From Berkelbacteria bacterium GW2011_GWA2_35_9 (GTDB lineage Bacteria > Patescibacteriota > UBA1384 > GWA2-35-9), in the NCBI GenBank assembly GCA_000991185.1, contig LBRB01000002.1:1-46394 (forward strand): a stretch of 46,394 nucleotides of DNA. Direction: 5' to 3'. Positions 9,046-18,191 of this stretch are shown here, piece after piece. The translations under genes and the position numbers were made by a program. The notes under the pieces are model-generated. The model did no database searches. It was not told the DNA's origin and was given only the letters and a program-made list of their open reading frames with translations. Numbering within the stretch: the first letter of the stretch is position 1; each line of letters starts with the position of its first letter.

Positions 9046-10046
9046 AATAATTTGTTGACTAAATTATTACCTCTTAAATATTTTACCGCTTTTTCAGTTA
9101 ATTTTCTACCTCGATTTGATCGGTGTAAAAATCCAATTTTCATTAAATATGGTTCAACCACCTCTTCTAATGTCTCTTTTTCTTCTCCACAGGCTGAAGC
9201 GATAGTCGATAAACCAACTGGACCGCCATTAAATTTATCGTGAATAAAGTTTATTATTTTTTGATCGAGCGGATCTAATCCAATCGAATCAATAAGTAAA
9301 TGATTCAAGGCTTTATTGGTTGTCTCAAGGTCAATCCGTTTTCTTTTTTCTACTTGAGCATAATCCCGAATACGACTCAATAATCGGTTGGCAATTCTGG
9401 GTGTTTGGCGAGATCGTTTAGCAATTTCCTCCAACGCATCTTCGTCTATTTCAATACCCAATTTTTTACTATTGATTGCAACTATTTTTTTAATTTCTGG
9501 TATAGAGTAAAAATCTAACTGATAGACTACTCCAAATCTATCTCTTAAGGGACTAGATAAAGAACCGATTTTTGTGGTGGCACCAATTAAGGTAAATTTT
9601 GGAATTTCTAATCTTAAATTTTTGGCAGCCGGACCCTTGCCAATAATTATATCTAAACAAAAATCTTCCATCGCCGGGTAAAGAATTTCCTCAATATTTC
9701 TTGGTAAACGGTGGATTTCGTCTAAAAATAAGCAATCTCCTTCCTCTAGGTTAGTCAATAGAGATGCTAGATCGCCAATTTTTGTCAATGCCGGTCCAGA
9801 TGAAGTCTTGAGATTAGCGTTAAGTTCTCTTGCAATGATATTGGATAAAGTTGTTTTTCCAAGTCCAGGAGATCCATGTATAATTACATGGTCAAGTGGT
9901 TGTTTTCTTTGCTGAGCAGCTTTAATAAAAACTTCTAATGAGCGTTTAATATTTTCCTGACCGATATAATCTTTCAGTTGTTTAGGTCTTAAAGAAACAT
10001 CAATAAACCGATCGACTTTTTCTACTTTGTCATTATCTTTTTTCAT
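9042..10046 (-). CDS. ruvB: Holliday junction branch-migration helicase RuvB
   Basis: LRPK..YIGQ, GSPGLGKTTL, FLDEIHRL, LYPAMED, LRDRFG, TPRIANRLL. Confidence 0.97.
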   Translation of the reverse strand: MKKDNDKVEKVDRFIDVSLRPKQLKDYIGQENIKRSLEVFIKAAQQRKQPLDHVIIHGSPGLGKTTLSNIIARELNANLKTSSGPALTKIGDLASLLTNLEEGDCLFLDEIHRLPRNIEEILYPAMEDFCLDIIIGKGPAAKNLRLEIPKFTLIGATTKIGSLSSPLRDRFGVVYQLDFYSIPEIKKIVAINSKKLGIEIDEDALEEIAKRSRQTPRIANRLLSRIRDYAQVEKRKRIDLETTNKALNHLLIDSIGLDPLDQKIINFIHDKFNGGPVGLSTIASACGEEKETLEEVVEPYLMKIGFLHRSNRGRKLTEKAVKYLRGNNLVNKLL

Positions 10047-10088
10047 AAAACAAATATATCATAGTACCTTAAAAATAAGTAATAGTAA

Positions 10089-11264
10089 TTAAGGAAGATA
10101 GATCAATGGATTAACCGGAACACCGTCTTCTCTGACTTCAAAATGAAGATGGGAACCATCTCCACTCCCGAAAGCAATCGCAAAACCAGTATTTCCCATA
10201 TATCCAATTAGCTCACCTCTTTTAACTGTATCACCTTCTGAAACGGTAAAACCGGATAAATGACCATATAGAGTTTCAACCCCTGAACCATGATCTAGTT
10301 TAATATATAAACCATAACCATAGGTACTTGATCCACCTGTAAATGAGACCGTTCCGTCTGAAGCTGCTAAAATAGAATCTCCGATCTGTCCATCAATGTC
10401 AGTGCCAGTATGATAAGATTGAACTGGCGTTGGAACTCCAAAATTAGCTGTTATTGCCCCAGAATTTGGCCAAGAAAAAACCATATCACCAACTTTTTTA
10501 TCTCCGGTTCGTTTATTTCTTGAACGAGCTGATTCAGTAATTCTATACAGCTCACTATTAATATTCGTATATTCTTTTTTAGCATCTTCAACAATTTTCT
10601 CAAATTCAGCTTGTTGAACACGCACGTCTTTCAATAATCCTCTTTTAGTATCTTTTTGGCGATCTAATCCAAACTTGAATTTTTGCTGTTCGGTTTTAAT
10701 ACTCTCTAATTCATTTCTCTGCTTTTGCAAATCTTCTTTTTGTTTGATCAATTCATCTTTAAGACGATTAATTTCAGCAATATTTTTTTCCAATCTTGCT
10801 TCTAACGCTGATAGATAGGATGTTTTGTCAACTGCTTCGGATATAGAATTTGAGGTAATTAAACTCAATATACTATTTGACGATCCAATTTCATAAATAA
10901 CTTTAATCGTGTCATACTGTTTAGTGATTTCTTTATTTAGTTCGCTCTCTTTTTGAACAATTTCTTGCGTTTTAGTGCTGATTGTTCCTTCCTTTTCAAC
11001 TATCTGAACCCCTAAAGTACTAATTTTTTGTTCGGTTGATATTATTACAGCTTCTAAATTTTTTATCTCTTTGGCGATTCGTTCTGCTTCAGCTTTTTTT
11101 TCGGCAGCTTTTTGTCGACTAGTTAAAATTTGTTTTGAAAGTGTAGTTCTTTTAGCAAAAAGTTCTTGTAATTGTCTATTTAATTCATCGATTGATTGAG
11201 CTTTCACAGATGAAAATGGAATAAATAGACCAATGATGATGAAAATAGTAAATATTTTTTTCAT
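10089..11264 (-). CDS. Coiled-coil M23 peptidase (EnvC/CwlO-like partner of FtsEX)
   Basis: Signal peptide, long coiled coil, HTGTD, YGH and HLHFEVR M23 motifs. Confidence 0.9.
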   Translation of the reverse strand: MKKIFTIFIIIGLFIPFSSVKAQSIDELNRQLQELFAKRTTLSKQILTSRQKAAEKKAEAERIAKEIKNLEAVIISTEQKISTLGVQIVEKEGTISTKTQEIVQKESELNKEITKQYDTIKVIYEIGSSNSILSLITSNSISEAVDKTSYLSALEARLEKNIAEINRLKDELIKQKEDLQKQRNELESIKTEQQKFKFGLDRQKDTKRGLLKDVRVQQAEFEKIVEDAKKEYTNINSELYRITESARSRNKRTGDKKVGDMVFSWPNSGAITANFGVPTPVQSYHTGTDIDGQIGDSILAASDGTVSFTGGSSTYGYGLYIKLDHGSGVETLYGHLSGFTVSEGDTVKRGELIGYMGNTGFAIAFGSGDGSHLHFEVREDGVPVNPLIYLP

Positions 11265-11265
11265 A

Positions 11266-12180
11266 CTATATTTTTAAATACTTTCTTAAAGACATTATAG
11301 TTGAAATCAATGAAATGAATAAACCAGTCAGTAATTGCCATCCAATTAAAACATAAATATGATCAAATAAAAACTTTTCTAAATCATATTCCGTGATAGA
11401 TAAATATTGAAATGCCAATGATTGGATTACCCTAAACCCAACAAACAAGACTAATGTTGAAATAATCGTGGCTAAAATTACATACATCACCGATTCAACT
11501 AGAAAAGGTAACCGAATAAACGACCAGGAAGCACCGACTAACTGCATGACCTCAAGTTCTTTTTGTCGAGCAAAAATAGTTAAACAAATAGTATTAATTA
11601 TTATGACTAACGCAATGATGATAAATAGTAGACTAACTAAACTTCCAACCCATCGAATAAAACGACTCATATTTAACAATCGATCAATAACCTCTTGATT
11701 GTCTTTTGTTGAAATATGATCAAGTTTAAGCTTAAAAGCAGGTGTTGAAAAATAATCCGAAATTGTAGCAATATTTTCTGGATCTTTAGTCTTTATTTTC
11801 AAACTTCTCGGTAATATATTATCCTCAGGTTTTAACAGCTCTTTTATTTCATTCTTAATTGGTAGTAATTTAAAATAGCTCAATGCCTTCTCCTTATTTA
11901 TATATTCAACCGTTTCAACATCGGCTCGAGCTTTCAATTTAACCTGATAATCAATGATTTCAGCTTCAGAAACTGAATCTTTAAAATAGACTGATAGATC
12001 AATTTTATTTTTTGCAACATTGATAACGCTCGATAAAATCAAATTAAAAACTACAAACGAAGTGATAATTATCAATGTCAAGGACATCATTAGTGTCGCA
12101 ACGGTCGAAAGCCAACCATTTCGATAAAAATTTCTCAAACCTAAAAGAATAATTCTTTTTAGTTTAACTAAACCGATCAT
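11266..12180 (-). CDS. ftsX: Cell division permease-like protein FtsX
   Basis: TM pattern, NTICLTIFAR.KELEVMQLVGA..FIRLPF; follows ftsE. Confidence 0.93.
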   Translation of the reverse strand: MIGLVKLKRIILLGLRNFYRNGWLSTVATLMMSLTLIIITSFVVFNLILSSVINVAKNKIDLSVYFKDSVSEAEIIDYQVKLKARADVETVEYINKEKALSYFKLLPIKNEIKELLKPEDNILPRSLKIKTKDPENIATISDYFSTPAFKLKLDHISTKDNQEVIDRLLNMSRFIRWVGSLVSLLFIIIALVIIINTICLTIFARQKELEVMQLVGASWSFIRLPFLVESVMYVILATIISTLVLFVGFRVIQSLAFQYLSITEYDLEKFLFDHIYVLIGWQLLTGLFISLISTIMSLRKYLKI

Positions 12181-12914
12181 TTTCCGTACCCTCCAGTTTT
12201 TCTATCTTCAATTAATTTTCCTTTTTCAAGTTTAATAACTCTTTGGTTAATTTGATCGACAATATCTTTGTTGTGAGTGGCTAAAATTACAGTTGTACCC
12301 GATGAATTAATTTTTCTCAAAAGATTAATAACATCTTGAGCTGTACCTGGATCTAAATTTCCGGTTGGTTCATCGGCAATCAATATTTTTGGACTGTGGA
12401 CTAATGCTCTTGCAATACTGACTCTTTGTCTCTCCCCTCCTGATAGACTATTAGGGAAAACATCAGCACGGTCCATCAAACCAACTAAATTTAATATTTT
12501 CGGAACTCGGTTTTTTATTTCTTCATCACTCGCTTCAGAAACTTCAAGCGCAAAAACAATATTCTCAGCCACAGTTCTGTGATCAAGCAATTTATAATCT
12601 TGAAAAACTACTCCAATCTTTCTTCTAAAATAAGGAATTTGATATCTTTTAATTGTCGCAATATTTCTATTTGCGATGTATATTTGCCCATGACTAGGAA
12701 TTTCTTCTCTGATTAAAAGTTTTATGACGGTTGATTTACCTGCACCAGACGGACCAACTAATGAAACAAATTCTCCCTCATGAATTCCAAAAGATATCGA
12801 GTCTAGTGCGACAATTCCACCAGCATAGTTTTTTGTTACACCTTCAACACTAATCAATGGACGATTTTTATTTTCTACAACATCAACTCTAGTATTTTTA
12901 TTAAATGCTCTCAT
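12177..12914 (-). CDS. ftsE: Cell division ATP-binding protein FtsE
   Basis: GPSGAGKST, IGVVFQDYKLL, LSGGERQRV, ADEPTGNLD. Confidence 0.95.
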   Translation of the reverse strand: MRAFNKNTRVDVVENKNRPLISVEGVTKNYAGGIVALDSISFGIHEGEFVSLVGPSGAGKSTVIKLLIREEIPSHGQIYIANRNIATIKRYQIPYFRRKIGVVFQDYKLLDHRTVAENIVFALEVSEASDEEIKNRVPKILNLVGLMDRADVFPNSLSGGERQRVSIARALVHSPKILIADEPTGNLDPGTAQDVINLLRKINSSGTTVILATHNKDIVDQINQRVIKLEKGKLIEDRKTGGYGK

Positions 12915-12946
12915 CCCTCCCCTAAATTAATTGCTTCACTCTATAT

Positions 12947-12975
12947 ATTCTATTGTTATTACACTCATTTGTCAA
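12947..12975 (-). promoter_or_regulatory. sigma70 promoter of ftsEX
   Basis: TTGACA-17bp-TAGAAT on the minus strand. Confidence 0.7.
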
Positions 12976-13004
12976 TTATTTTATTTTTCTATTTTCTCAT
13001 CCCA

Positions 13005-13039
13005 TAACCGAATCACACCTACGATGTGTGATTCGGTTA
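13005..13039. repeat. REP-like perfect palindrome (14-bp arms, loop CTACGAT)
   Basis: TAACCGAATCACAC-CTACGAT-GTGTGATTCGGTTA. Confidence 0.75.
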
Positions 13040-13068
13040 AATATTGTGTGTTTAAAAAATTCATATTA

Positions 13069-13097
13069 TTGACAAAAATACACAATAATTATATAAT
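13069..13097 (+). promoter_or_regulatory. Consensus sigma70 promoter of the DUF218 gene
   Basis: TTGACA-17bp-TATAAT; GGAGGT RBS downstream. Confidence 0.8.
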
Positions 13098-13123
13098 TAA
13101 GGCAATTTCTTGGAGGTGCGAAT

Positions 13124-13666
13124 ATGAACAGTCCGTCTAATAAGAATATATTACTTGTTCCATCTGGGTCAATGCACCCGAATGGTCCAGGATATAGTAC
13201 GGAAATTAGATTGAATGAGGCAATTAGACTTTTCTGTCAATATCCTTTCGACTATATTTTCTGTTCAGGTGGAATCACATCAAACTATGAAAATATACCT
13301 GCGTCTGAATTAATGAAAATATATCTAATAAAGCATAATATTCCCGAAAAACAAATCATCACTGGTTGCCACAATTCTCGTGACAGCTATGAAAATATTC
13401 AAGAATTGCTTGCTTGGCTAAAAAACAATATGGGAATAAATCTTTCATCTATTAACTTAACTATTGTTTCTAATCTTGATCACTTAATTCGTTTTGAAAT
13501 TATTTGTCGACAGGCTAGTTTTAAACGTTTAGATTTGCATATTGTGGAAATGCCATTGACCATACCAGATAAAATTACTGAGATGGTAAAATTTCTAATT
13601 ACTATGTACGATCCAATTGGAAAAAAATTTATTAATCGATATGCGAGAAAAAAAAGGACATTTTGA
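13124..13666 (+). CDS. YdcF/SanA/ElyC (DUF218) family protein
   Basis: RLNEAIRL, IFCSGG, MK.YL...IP...I, SRDSYEN, IVSN..HL.R. Confidence 0.8.
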   Translation: MNSPSNKNILLVPSGSMHPNGPGYSTEIRLNEAIRLFCQYPFDYIFCSGGITSNYENIPASELMKIYLIKHNIPEKQIITGCHNSRDSYENIQELLAWLKNNMGINLSSINLTIVSNLDHLIRFEIICRQASFKRLDLHIVEMPLTIPDKITEMVKFLITMYDPIGKKFINRYARKKRTF

Positions 13667-13675
13667 ATTCTTTTT

Positions 13676-13699
13676 CCCCCGCCACAGCGGGGGTATTTT
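13676..13699 (+). terminator. Intrinsic terminator
   Basis: CCCCCGC-CACA-GCGGGGG-TATTTT. Confidence 0.7.
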
Positions 13700-14933
13700 A
13701 TTCAAATACTTTGCAAGTAGAACCAATCCCTTGAGAAGCTAGAGTTTGTAATTTATAATATGCCGGTTTAAAATCTCCATCTTTTTCAACAAGCCCAAAT
13801 TTACTCAATAGAATATTACTTGCGCTTGAATATTCTGGATCATTATAATTGTCAATAATTTCCTGTGCAGTTTTTAAATCCTGGCTATAAAACCACAAAG
13901 TAGCTTGAATACCATTATTAAGCGCTAAAGTAATTCTTGTTTGAAGATCGTTTGCCTGATCGGCTTGAAATTGGCTATCATTTAAAATATAATTTTCAAA
14001 CTCTGTTGATCCTGGAATTGGATTTGGACCAGCTATTTCTGTTGATATTATCGGTTTATTGCAATTACTTTCATTCAATACCTTACTTGTCCATTTAACT
14101 CGATTAGGTATCGATGCTATTGTATGATAAAGATGAATATCGACCATATCTATTTTATTACAGTTATTTATTATTAACTTAGAAAAATTGATCGCAATAT
14201 TATTCCATTTTTCTTGTTCGTCCGGATCGCTAAGTTGTATATGATTTAATAAATTATCAAATTCTGATCGATGAAAATTTATTCCTGGTGAAACAATAAC
14301 TGCATTCGGATCAATTTCTTTTATGGTTGTATAGGCTGCATTAAATTCATCTAAATAATCTATCTCATTAGGATCGTCAAACGGTCCATTGTAAAAAACA
14401 GTATCCCAACGAGGTGTAGCAAAAACTTCATTGCCAATTTGCCAAGCAGTTACAAAATCTTTTCCCACGGTCACAATATCACGAACATACTCTTTATATT
14501 CACTCAAATTTTTTGGTGGACAATTAGCTTTCGGTCTGAAAGTTGCATATAATTTATCTGTAATGTTATGTTGTTGTCTAAAAACAGGATCGTCCATAAA
14601 ACATTTTGTTTTGGTTGGATGGTTTGAATCAAGCGTAATTATTATTTTAACACCAGGGTTTCTTTGTCGAAATCTATCTAAAGCTCTAATTTTTGGAGTT
14701 AATGTTCCGCTGTTGCGAAATTCCTCCCATTCAGTCCATACGATTGGATACCTTGTCCAACCAACCCTTAAATCTTCTGCCATCTCTGGATTAACTAACC
14801 CAAAAACACCAATTCTATCAGATAATTGAGGATTAGGCGTTATATCAGCATTCGATCGATTTAAAATAACAAAAACTGTAATAAGAATAATTATTCCAAC
14901 CGCAACTAGAAAAAGAACCTTTTTTCTCTTCAT
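13698..14933 (-). CDS. Membrane-anchored clan GH-A glycoside hydrolase (GH39/GH5-like)
   Basis: True start MKRKKVLFL at 14933 (the ORF-track extension is antisense to tRNAs); WQIGNE acid/base, DIHLY, PIISTE nucleophile, FGLV. Confidence 0.75.
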   Translation of the reverse strand: MKRKKVLFLVAVGIIILITVFVILNRSNADITPNPQLSDRIGVFGLVNPEMAEDLRVGWTRYPIVWTEWEEFRNSGTLTPKIRALDRFRQRNPGVKIIITLDSNHPTKTKCFMDDPVFRQQHNITDKLYATFRPKANCPPKNLSEYKEYVRDIVTVGKDFVTAWQIGNEVFATPRWDTVFYNGPFDDPNEIDYLDEFNAAYTTIKEIDPNAVIVSPGINFHRSEFDNLLNHIQLSDPDEQEKWNNIAINFSKLIINNCNKIDMVDIHLYHTIASIPNRVKWTSKVLNESNCNKPIISTEIAGPNPIPGSTEFENYILNDSQFQADQANDLQTRITLALNNGIQATLWFYSQDLKTAQEIIDNYNDPEYSSASNILLSKFGLVEKDGDFKPAYYKLQTLASQGIGSTCKVFE

Positions 14934-14957
14934 ATTATGAATAGTATCACAAAATTG

Positions 14958-14986
14958 TTGATATTTATACTCGTTTAGGCTAAAAT
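14958..14986 (+). promoter_or_regulatory. Promoter of the tRNA-Gly/Cys unit
   Basis: TTGATA-17bp-TAAAAT. Confidence 0.65.
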
Positions 14987-14995
14987 TAGTTTTAT

Positions 14996-15056
14996 GCGAG
15001 AGTAGTTTCCCGACGATTATAAATGTCGGGACTCCGACTGAAACGTCGGAGCAGTG
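14996..15056 (+). pseudogene. tRNA-Gly 5' fragment interrupted by a 44-bp double-hairpin element (15008-15051)
   Basis: GCGAGAGTAGTT is identical to nt 1-12 of the downstream tRNA-Gly, then TCCCGAC-N10-GTCGGGA-CTCCGAC-N6-GTCGGAG, then CAGTG. Confidence 0.7.
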
Positions 15057-15074
15057 AAAAGATATACAATTTAA

Positions 15075-15149
15075 GCGAGAGTAGTTCATCGGTAGAACGT
15101 CTCCTTGCCAAGGAGAAGGTAGCGGGTTCAATTCCCGTCTCTCGCTCCA
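15075..15149 (+). tRNA. tRNA-Gly(GCC)
   Basis: Acceptor GCGAGAG/CTCTCGC, anticodon arm TCTCC-TTGCCAA-GGAGA, TTCAATT T-loop, encoded CCA. Confidence 0.97.
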
Positions 15150-15158
15150 AATTACACA

Positions 15159-15232
15159 GACCTGGTGACCGAGTGGCTAGGTAGGAGTCTGCAAAACTTC
15201 GCACGGCGGTTCAATTCCGCCCCAGGTCTCCA
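15159..15232 (+). tRNA. tRNA-Cys(GCA)
   Basis: Acceptor GACCTGG/CCAGGTC, loop CTGCAAA, U73 discriminator, CCA. Confidence 0.95.
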
Positions 15233-15252
15233 ATATGTTATAATTCACAAAT

Positions 15253-15468
15253 ATGGAAAAAGTAATTCAAACAATACAAGTTGTCATATCAATCGCATTA
15301 ATTGTGGTTATTTTAGTTCAACAAAAAGGAACTGGCTTGGGTGGTGTTTTTGGTGGTCAAGGCAATGTTTATCGAACTAAAAGAGGCTTTGAAAAATTTT
15401 TACACTATCTAACTATTGTATTAGCGATTGTTTTTGTTACACTCTCTCTAACGAGATTTTTTGTGTAA
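15253..15468 (+). CDS. secG: Preprotein translocase subunit SecG
   Basis: Two TMs, LVQQKGTGLGGVFGG, RGFEKFLHYLT. Confidence 0.93.
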   Translation: MEKVIQTIQVVISIALIVVILVQQKGTGLGGVFGGQGNVYRTKRGFEKFLHYLTIVLAIVFVTLSLTRFFV

Positions 15469-15470
15469 AT

Positions 15471-16772
15471 ATGATTAATTATAGTTTTAAAAAGTTTCTC
15501 CGTTCGTTCGATAAAAAAGAAAAGATTACATTGTTTATTGCAGTTGTGGTTTTTTTAAGTGCTATTTTTGGGAAAAATATTTATCTAAAAATCACAAACA
15601 CACCGATGCAGCCTAGGGATGGTGGTGAATTTACTGAAGGTATTTTAGCTCGAACCGACAGAGAGGTTGAAAAAAGTTTTAATAATTTAGTAAATTTTAG
15701 CTTACTCTATCTAGATGAAAATATGACGATACAAAATGGGTTAGCTTCTAGCTATGAAATATTTGATGGAGGTAAAAAATATTTGTTCACACTTAAAGAC
15801 GGTATCAACGCAAAAGAACTTACTCCTATTTTTAATGCTCATACAAAAATAAAAAATAATAGTATTAAAGCCGAAACTACTGACGACAATAAACTACAAA
15901 TCACTTTAGAAAAAATCTACACTCCTATTATATACTATTTCACTGAACCAATTTACCCTTATGGACCGTACAAAGTCGCCTCGAAAACTCCTGAGTCAAT
16001 TGAATTAATCAGAAATGAAAGATTCGTTTTACATTCCCCATACATCGAAAAAATTAAAATTAAAATCTATCGTAATCTTAGCAACCTTGAAAAAGCTTAC
16101 CGTGCACAAGAAGTCAACTCGGCTCTAAATGTTTTTGAACAAAATAATGCTAATAAATATATTCTTGAATTACAAAAAAGAGCTGTTTTTTTCTTTAATC
16201 TTGAACAAATTCAGGACAAAAATGTTCGTACTAAATTGAAAAATAATCAAAATATCAATGGTAGCTTAGAAATTAATTTGACAGTTTTAGACACACCGAC
16301 TTTGTTTGAAAAAGCTCAAAAAATAAAAGAACAATTTGCACCACTTGGAGCAACAGTCAATGTTCAAACTATTAATCAAGATGATTTTAATAACTTGGTT
16401 TTATCAGATCGATTATACCAAACGCTTTTAGTTGGGATCGATTTTGGACGAGACCCAGACCCATATCCATTTTGGCATTCGTCTAATATCACTGCTGATG
16501 GGCAAAACTATTCACAATACTTTAACAAAAAAATCGATCGGATGTTAGAAGATTCTCGTTTGGAAATTGACAATAATAAACGACAAGCAATCTACTCTCA
16601 AATTGAAGAAATTGTAAACAATGATGCACCAGTTATTCAATATGAAAAAGAAAAATTAGAATATTTTGTCGATAAAAAAATAAAAGGGATTTTGGTAAAC
16701 CAAGGCATAACTGAATCCGACCGCTTCTCAAATGTTTGGAATTGGTATATCAAAGAAGAACGAAGAAAGTAA
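15471..16772 (+). CDS. ABC transporter substrate-binding protein, family 5 (OppA-like)
   Basis: GGEFTEG, GLASSYE..DGGKKYLFTL, GPYKV, DPDPYPFWHSS; typical secG neighbour. Confidence 0.8.
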   Translation: MINYSFKKFLRSFDKKEKITLFIAVVVFLSAIFGKNIYLKITNTPMQPRDGGEFTEGILARTDREVEKSFNNLVNFSLLYLDENMTIQNGLASSYEIFDGGKKYLFTLKDGINAKELTPIFNAHTKIKNNSIKAETTDDNKLQITLEKIYTPIIYYFTEPIYPYGPYKVASKTPESIELIRNERFVLHSPYIEKIKIKIYRNLSNLEKAYRAQEVNSALNVFEQNNANKYILELQKRAVFFFNLEQIQDKNVRTKLKNNQNINGSLEINLTVLDTPTLFEKAQKIKEQFAPLGATVNVQTINQDDFNNLVLSDRLYQTLLVGIDFGRDPDPYPFWHSSNITADGQNYSQYFNKKIDRMLEDSRLEIDNNKRQAIYSQIEEIVNNDAPVIQYEKEKLEYFVDKKIKGILVNQGITESDRFSNVWNWYIKEERRK

Positions 16773-16784
16773 ATTAATCTTTTT

Positions 16785-16871
16785 GGCGCAGTGGTGAAAT
16801 TGGCATACACGCTAGCTTCAGAAGTTAGTCCTGTTTTCAGGTTGAGAGTTCGAGTCTCTCCTGCGCCACCA
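16785..16871 (+). tRNA. tRNA-Leu(CAG)
   Basis: Acceptor GGCGCAG/CTGCGCC, loop TTCAGAA, long variable arm, CCA. Confidence 0.95.
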
Positions 16872-16883
16872 AACGATTTTATC

Positions 16884-16912
16884 TTGCCTATGGAATAATT
16901 AAATAGTATAAT
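16884..16912 (+). promoter_or_regulatory. serS promoter (leaderless geometry)
   Basis: TTGCCT-17bp-TATAAT, ATG 6 nt later, no SD. Confidence 0.65.
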
Positions 16913-16918
16913 CATCTT

Positions 16919-18145
16919 ATGATCGATATAAAATTAGTCAGGGAAAATCCGGAAAAGATTAAAAAAGCAGTTAAAGACAAAGCTCGAGATGTTGATATTG
17001 ACAAAATAATTACTCTTGATAACGAACATCGATCTTTAATAATAAATATTGACAAACTTCGTCATCAACAAAAACAGTTTGGGAAAGATGAAATTGATAA
17101 TGCTAAAAAAAATAAATCTGAATTAAAAGAGTTAGAAGAAAAAAGCAAAATAATTGAGATTGAATTAGAAAATTTATTGGCTCAAGTTCCCAATCCAGCT
17201 GATGATTTTGTACCAGTTGGTGATGAATCAATAAACAAAATTATTGACACAGTTGGTGAAATTCCAAAGTTCGATTTTAAAATTAAGGATCATATTGAGC
17301 TGGGAGAAAAACTAAACATTATCGACATAAAAAGAGCCTCAAAGGTGGCTGGTTCTAGATTTATAGCCTTGAAAAATGATGGTGCAAAATTACAAATGGC
17401 AATTTTTCAATATATAATCGACAAAATCACTAGTAAAGGATTTGATTTTGTTCTACCCCCTCACATTATCAACCATCAATCGATGCAGGGTATGGGTTAT
17501 CTAGAACATGGTGGCGATCAAGAAACTTATCACTTAGAAAAAGACAATATGTATTTGATTGGTACTAGTGAACAAGTTTTAGGACCGATGCGATCAAATG
17601 AAGTATTTAATGAAAAAGACTTACCCTACCGGGTTTGTGCTTTTAGCCCATGCTACAGAAGAGAAGCTGGGAGTTATGGAAAAGACACTAAAGGTATGTT
17701 TAGGGTTCATCAATTCCATAAAGTTGAAATGTTTAGTTTTTGTAAGCCTGAAGATTCTAAAAAAGAACACGAATTTCTCTTATCTCTTGAAAAAGAGATC
17801 TATGCTGAGCTTGGAATTCCATTTCAAGTTGTTTTAATCGCTTCAGGTGATTTAGGTGATCCAGCTAGCGCCAAGTATGATTTGGAAGCATGGTTTGCTG
17901 GACAAAATAAATATCGTGAAATCACTAGCACCTCAAACACAACTGATTTTCAAGCTCGTCGTTTAAATATTCGCTATAAAACTAAAACAGGAAAAAATGA
18001 ATTAGTTCATATGCTTAACGGGACTGGCGCATCCGATCGACCTTTTATTGCTATATTAGAAAATAATCAAAATAGTGATGGCTCAATCACAATTCCAAAA
18101 GTACTCGTAAAATATTTTGGAAAAGATAAAATTGAAGTTAAGTAA
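16919..18145 (+). CDS. serS: Serine--tRNA ligase
   Basis: LIGTSE, CYRREAGSYGKDTKG..RVHQF.KVE, EITSTSNTTDFQARRL, HMLNGT. Confidence 0.97.
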   Translation: MIDIKLVRENPEKIKKAVKDKARDVDIDKIITLDNEHRSLIINIDKLRHQQKQFGKDEIDNAKKNKSELKELEEKSKIIEIELENLLAQVPNPADDFVPVGDESINKIIDTVGEIPKFDFKIKDHIELGEKLNIIDIKRASKVAGSRFIALKNDGAKLQMAIFQYIIDKITSKGFDFVLPPHIINHQSMQGMGYLEHGGDQETYHLEKDNMYLIGTSEQVLGPMRSNEVFNEKDLPYRVCAFSPCYRREAGSYGKDTKGMFRVHQFHKVEMFSFCKPEDSKKEHEFLLSLEKEIYAELGIPFQVVLIASGDLGDPASAKYDLEAWFAGQNKYREITSTSNTTDFQARRLNIRYKTKTGKNELVHMLNGTGASDRPFIAILENNQNSDGSITIPKVLVKYFGKDKIEVK

Positions 18146-18191
18146 ATTTGGTTGATAATCTTATTTTATTCTGTTAAAATTATGATTGTTT

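Noticed and set aside
14996..15086. Reading the tRNA-associated inserts as tRNA introns or split tRNAs
   Set aside because: Complete tRNAs follow. At the Ala locus the upstream fragment cannot pair fully with the 3' acceptor strand. No self-splicing intron core is present.
14934..15380. ORF-track extension of the GH gene and ORFs 14992-15204 and 15165-15380
   Set aside because: Shadow translations of tRNA-Gly/Cys and secG; the GH gene starts at 14933.
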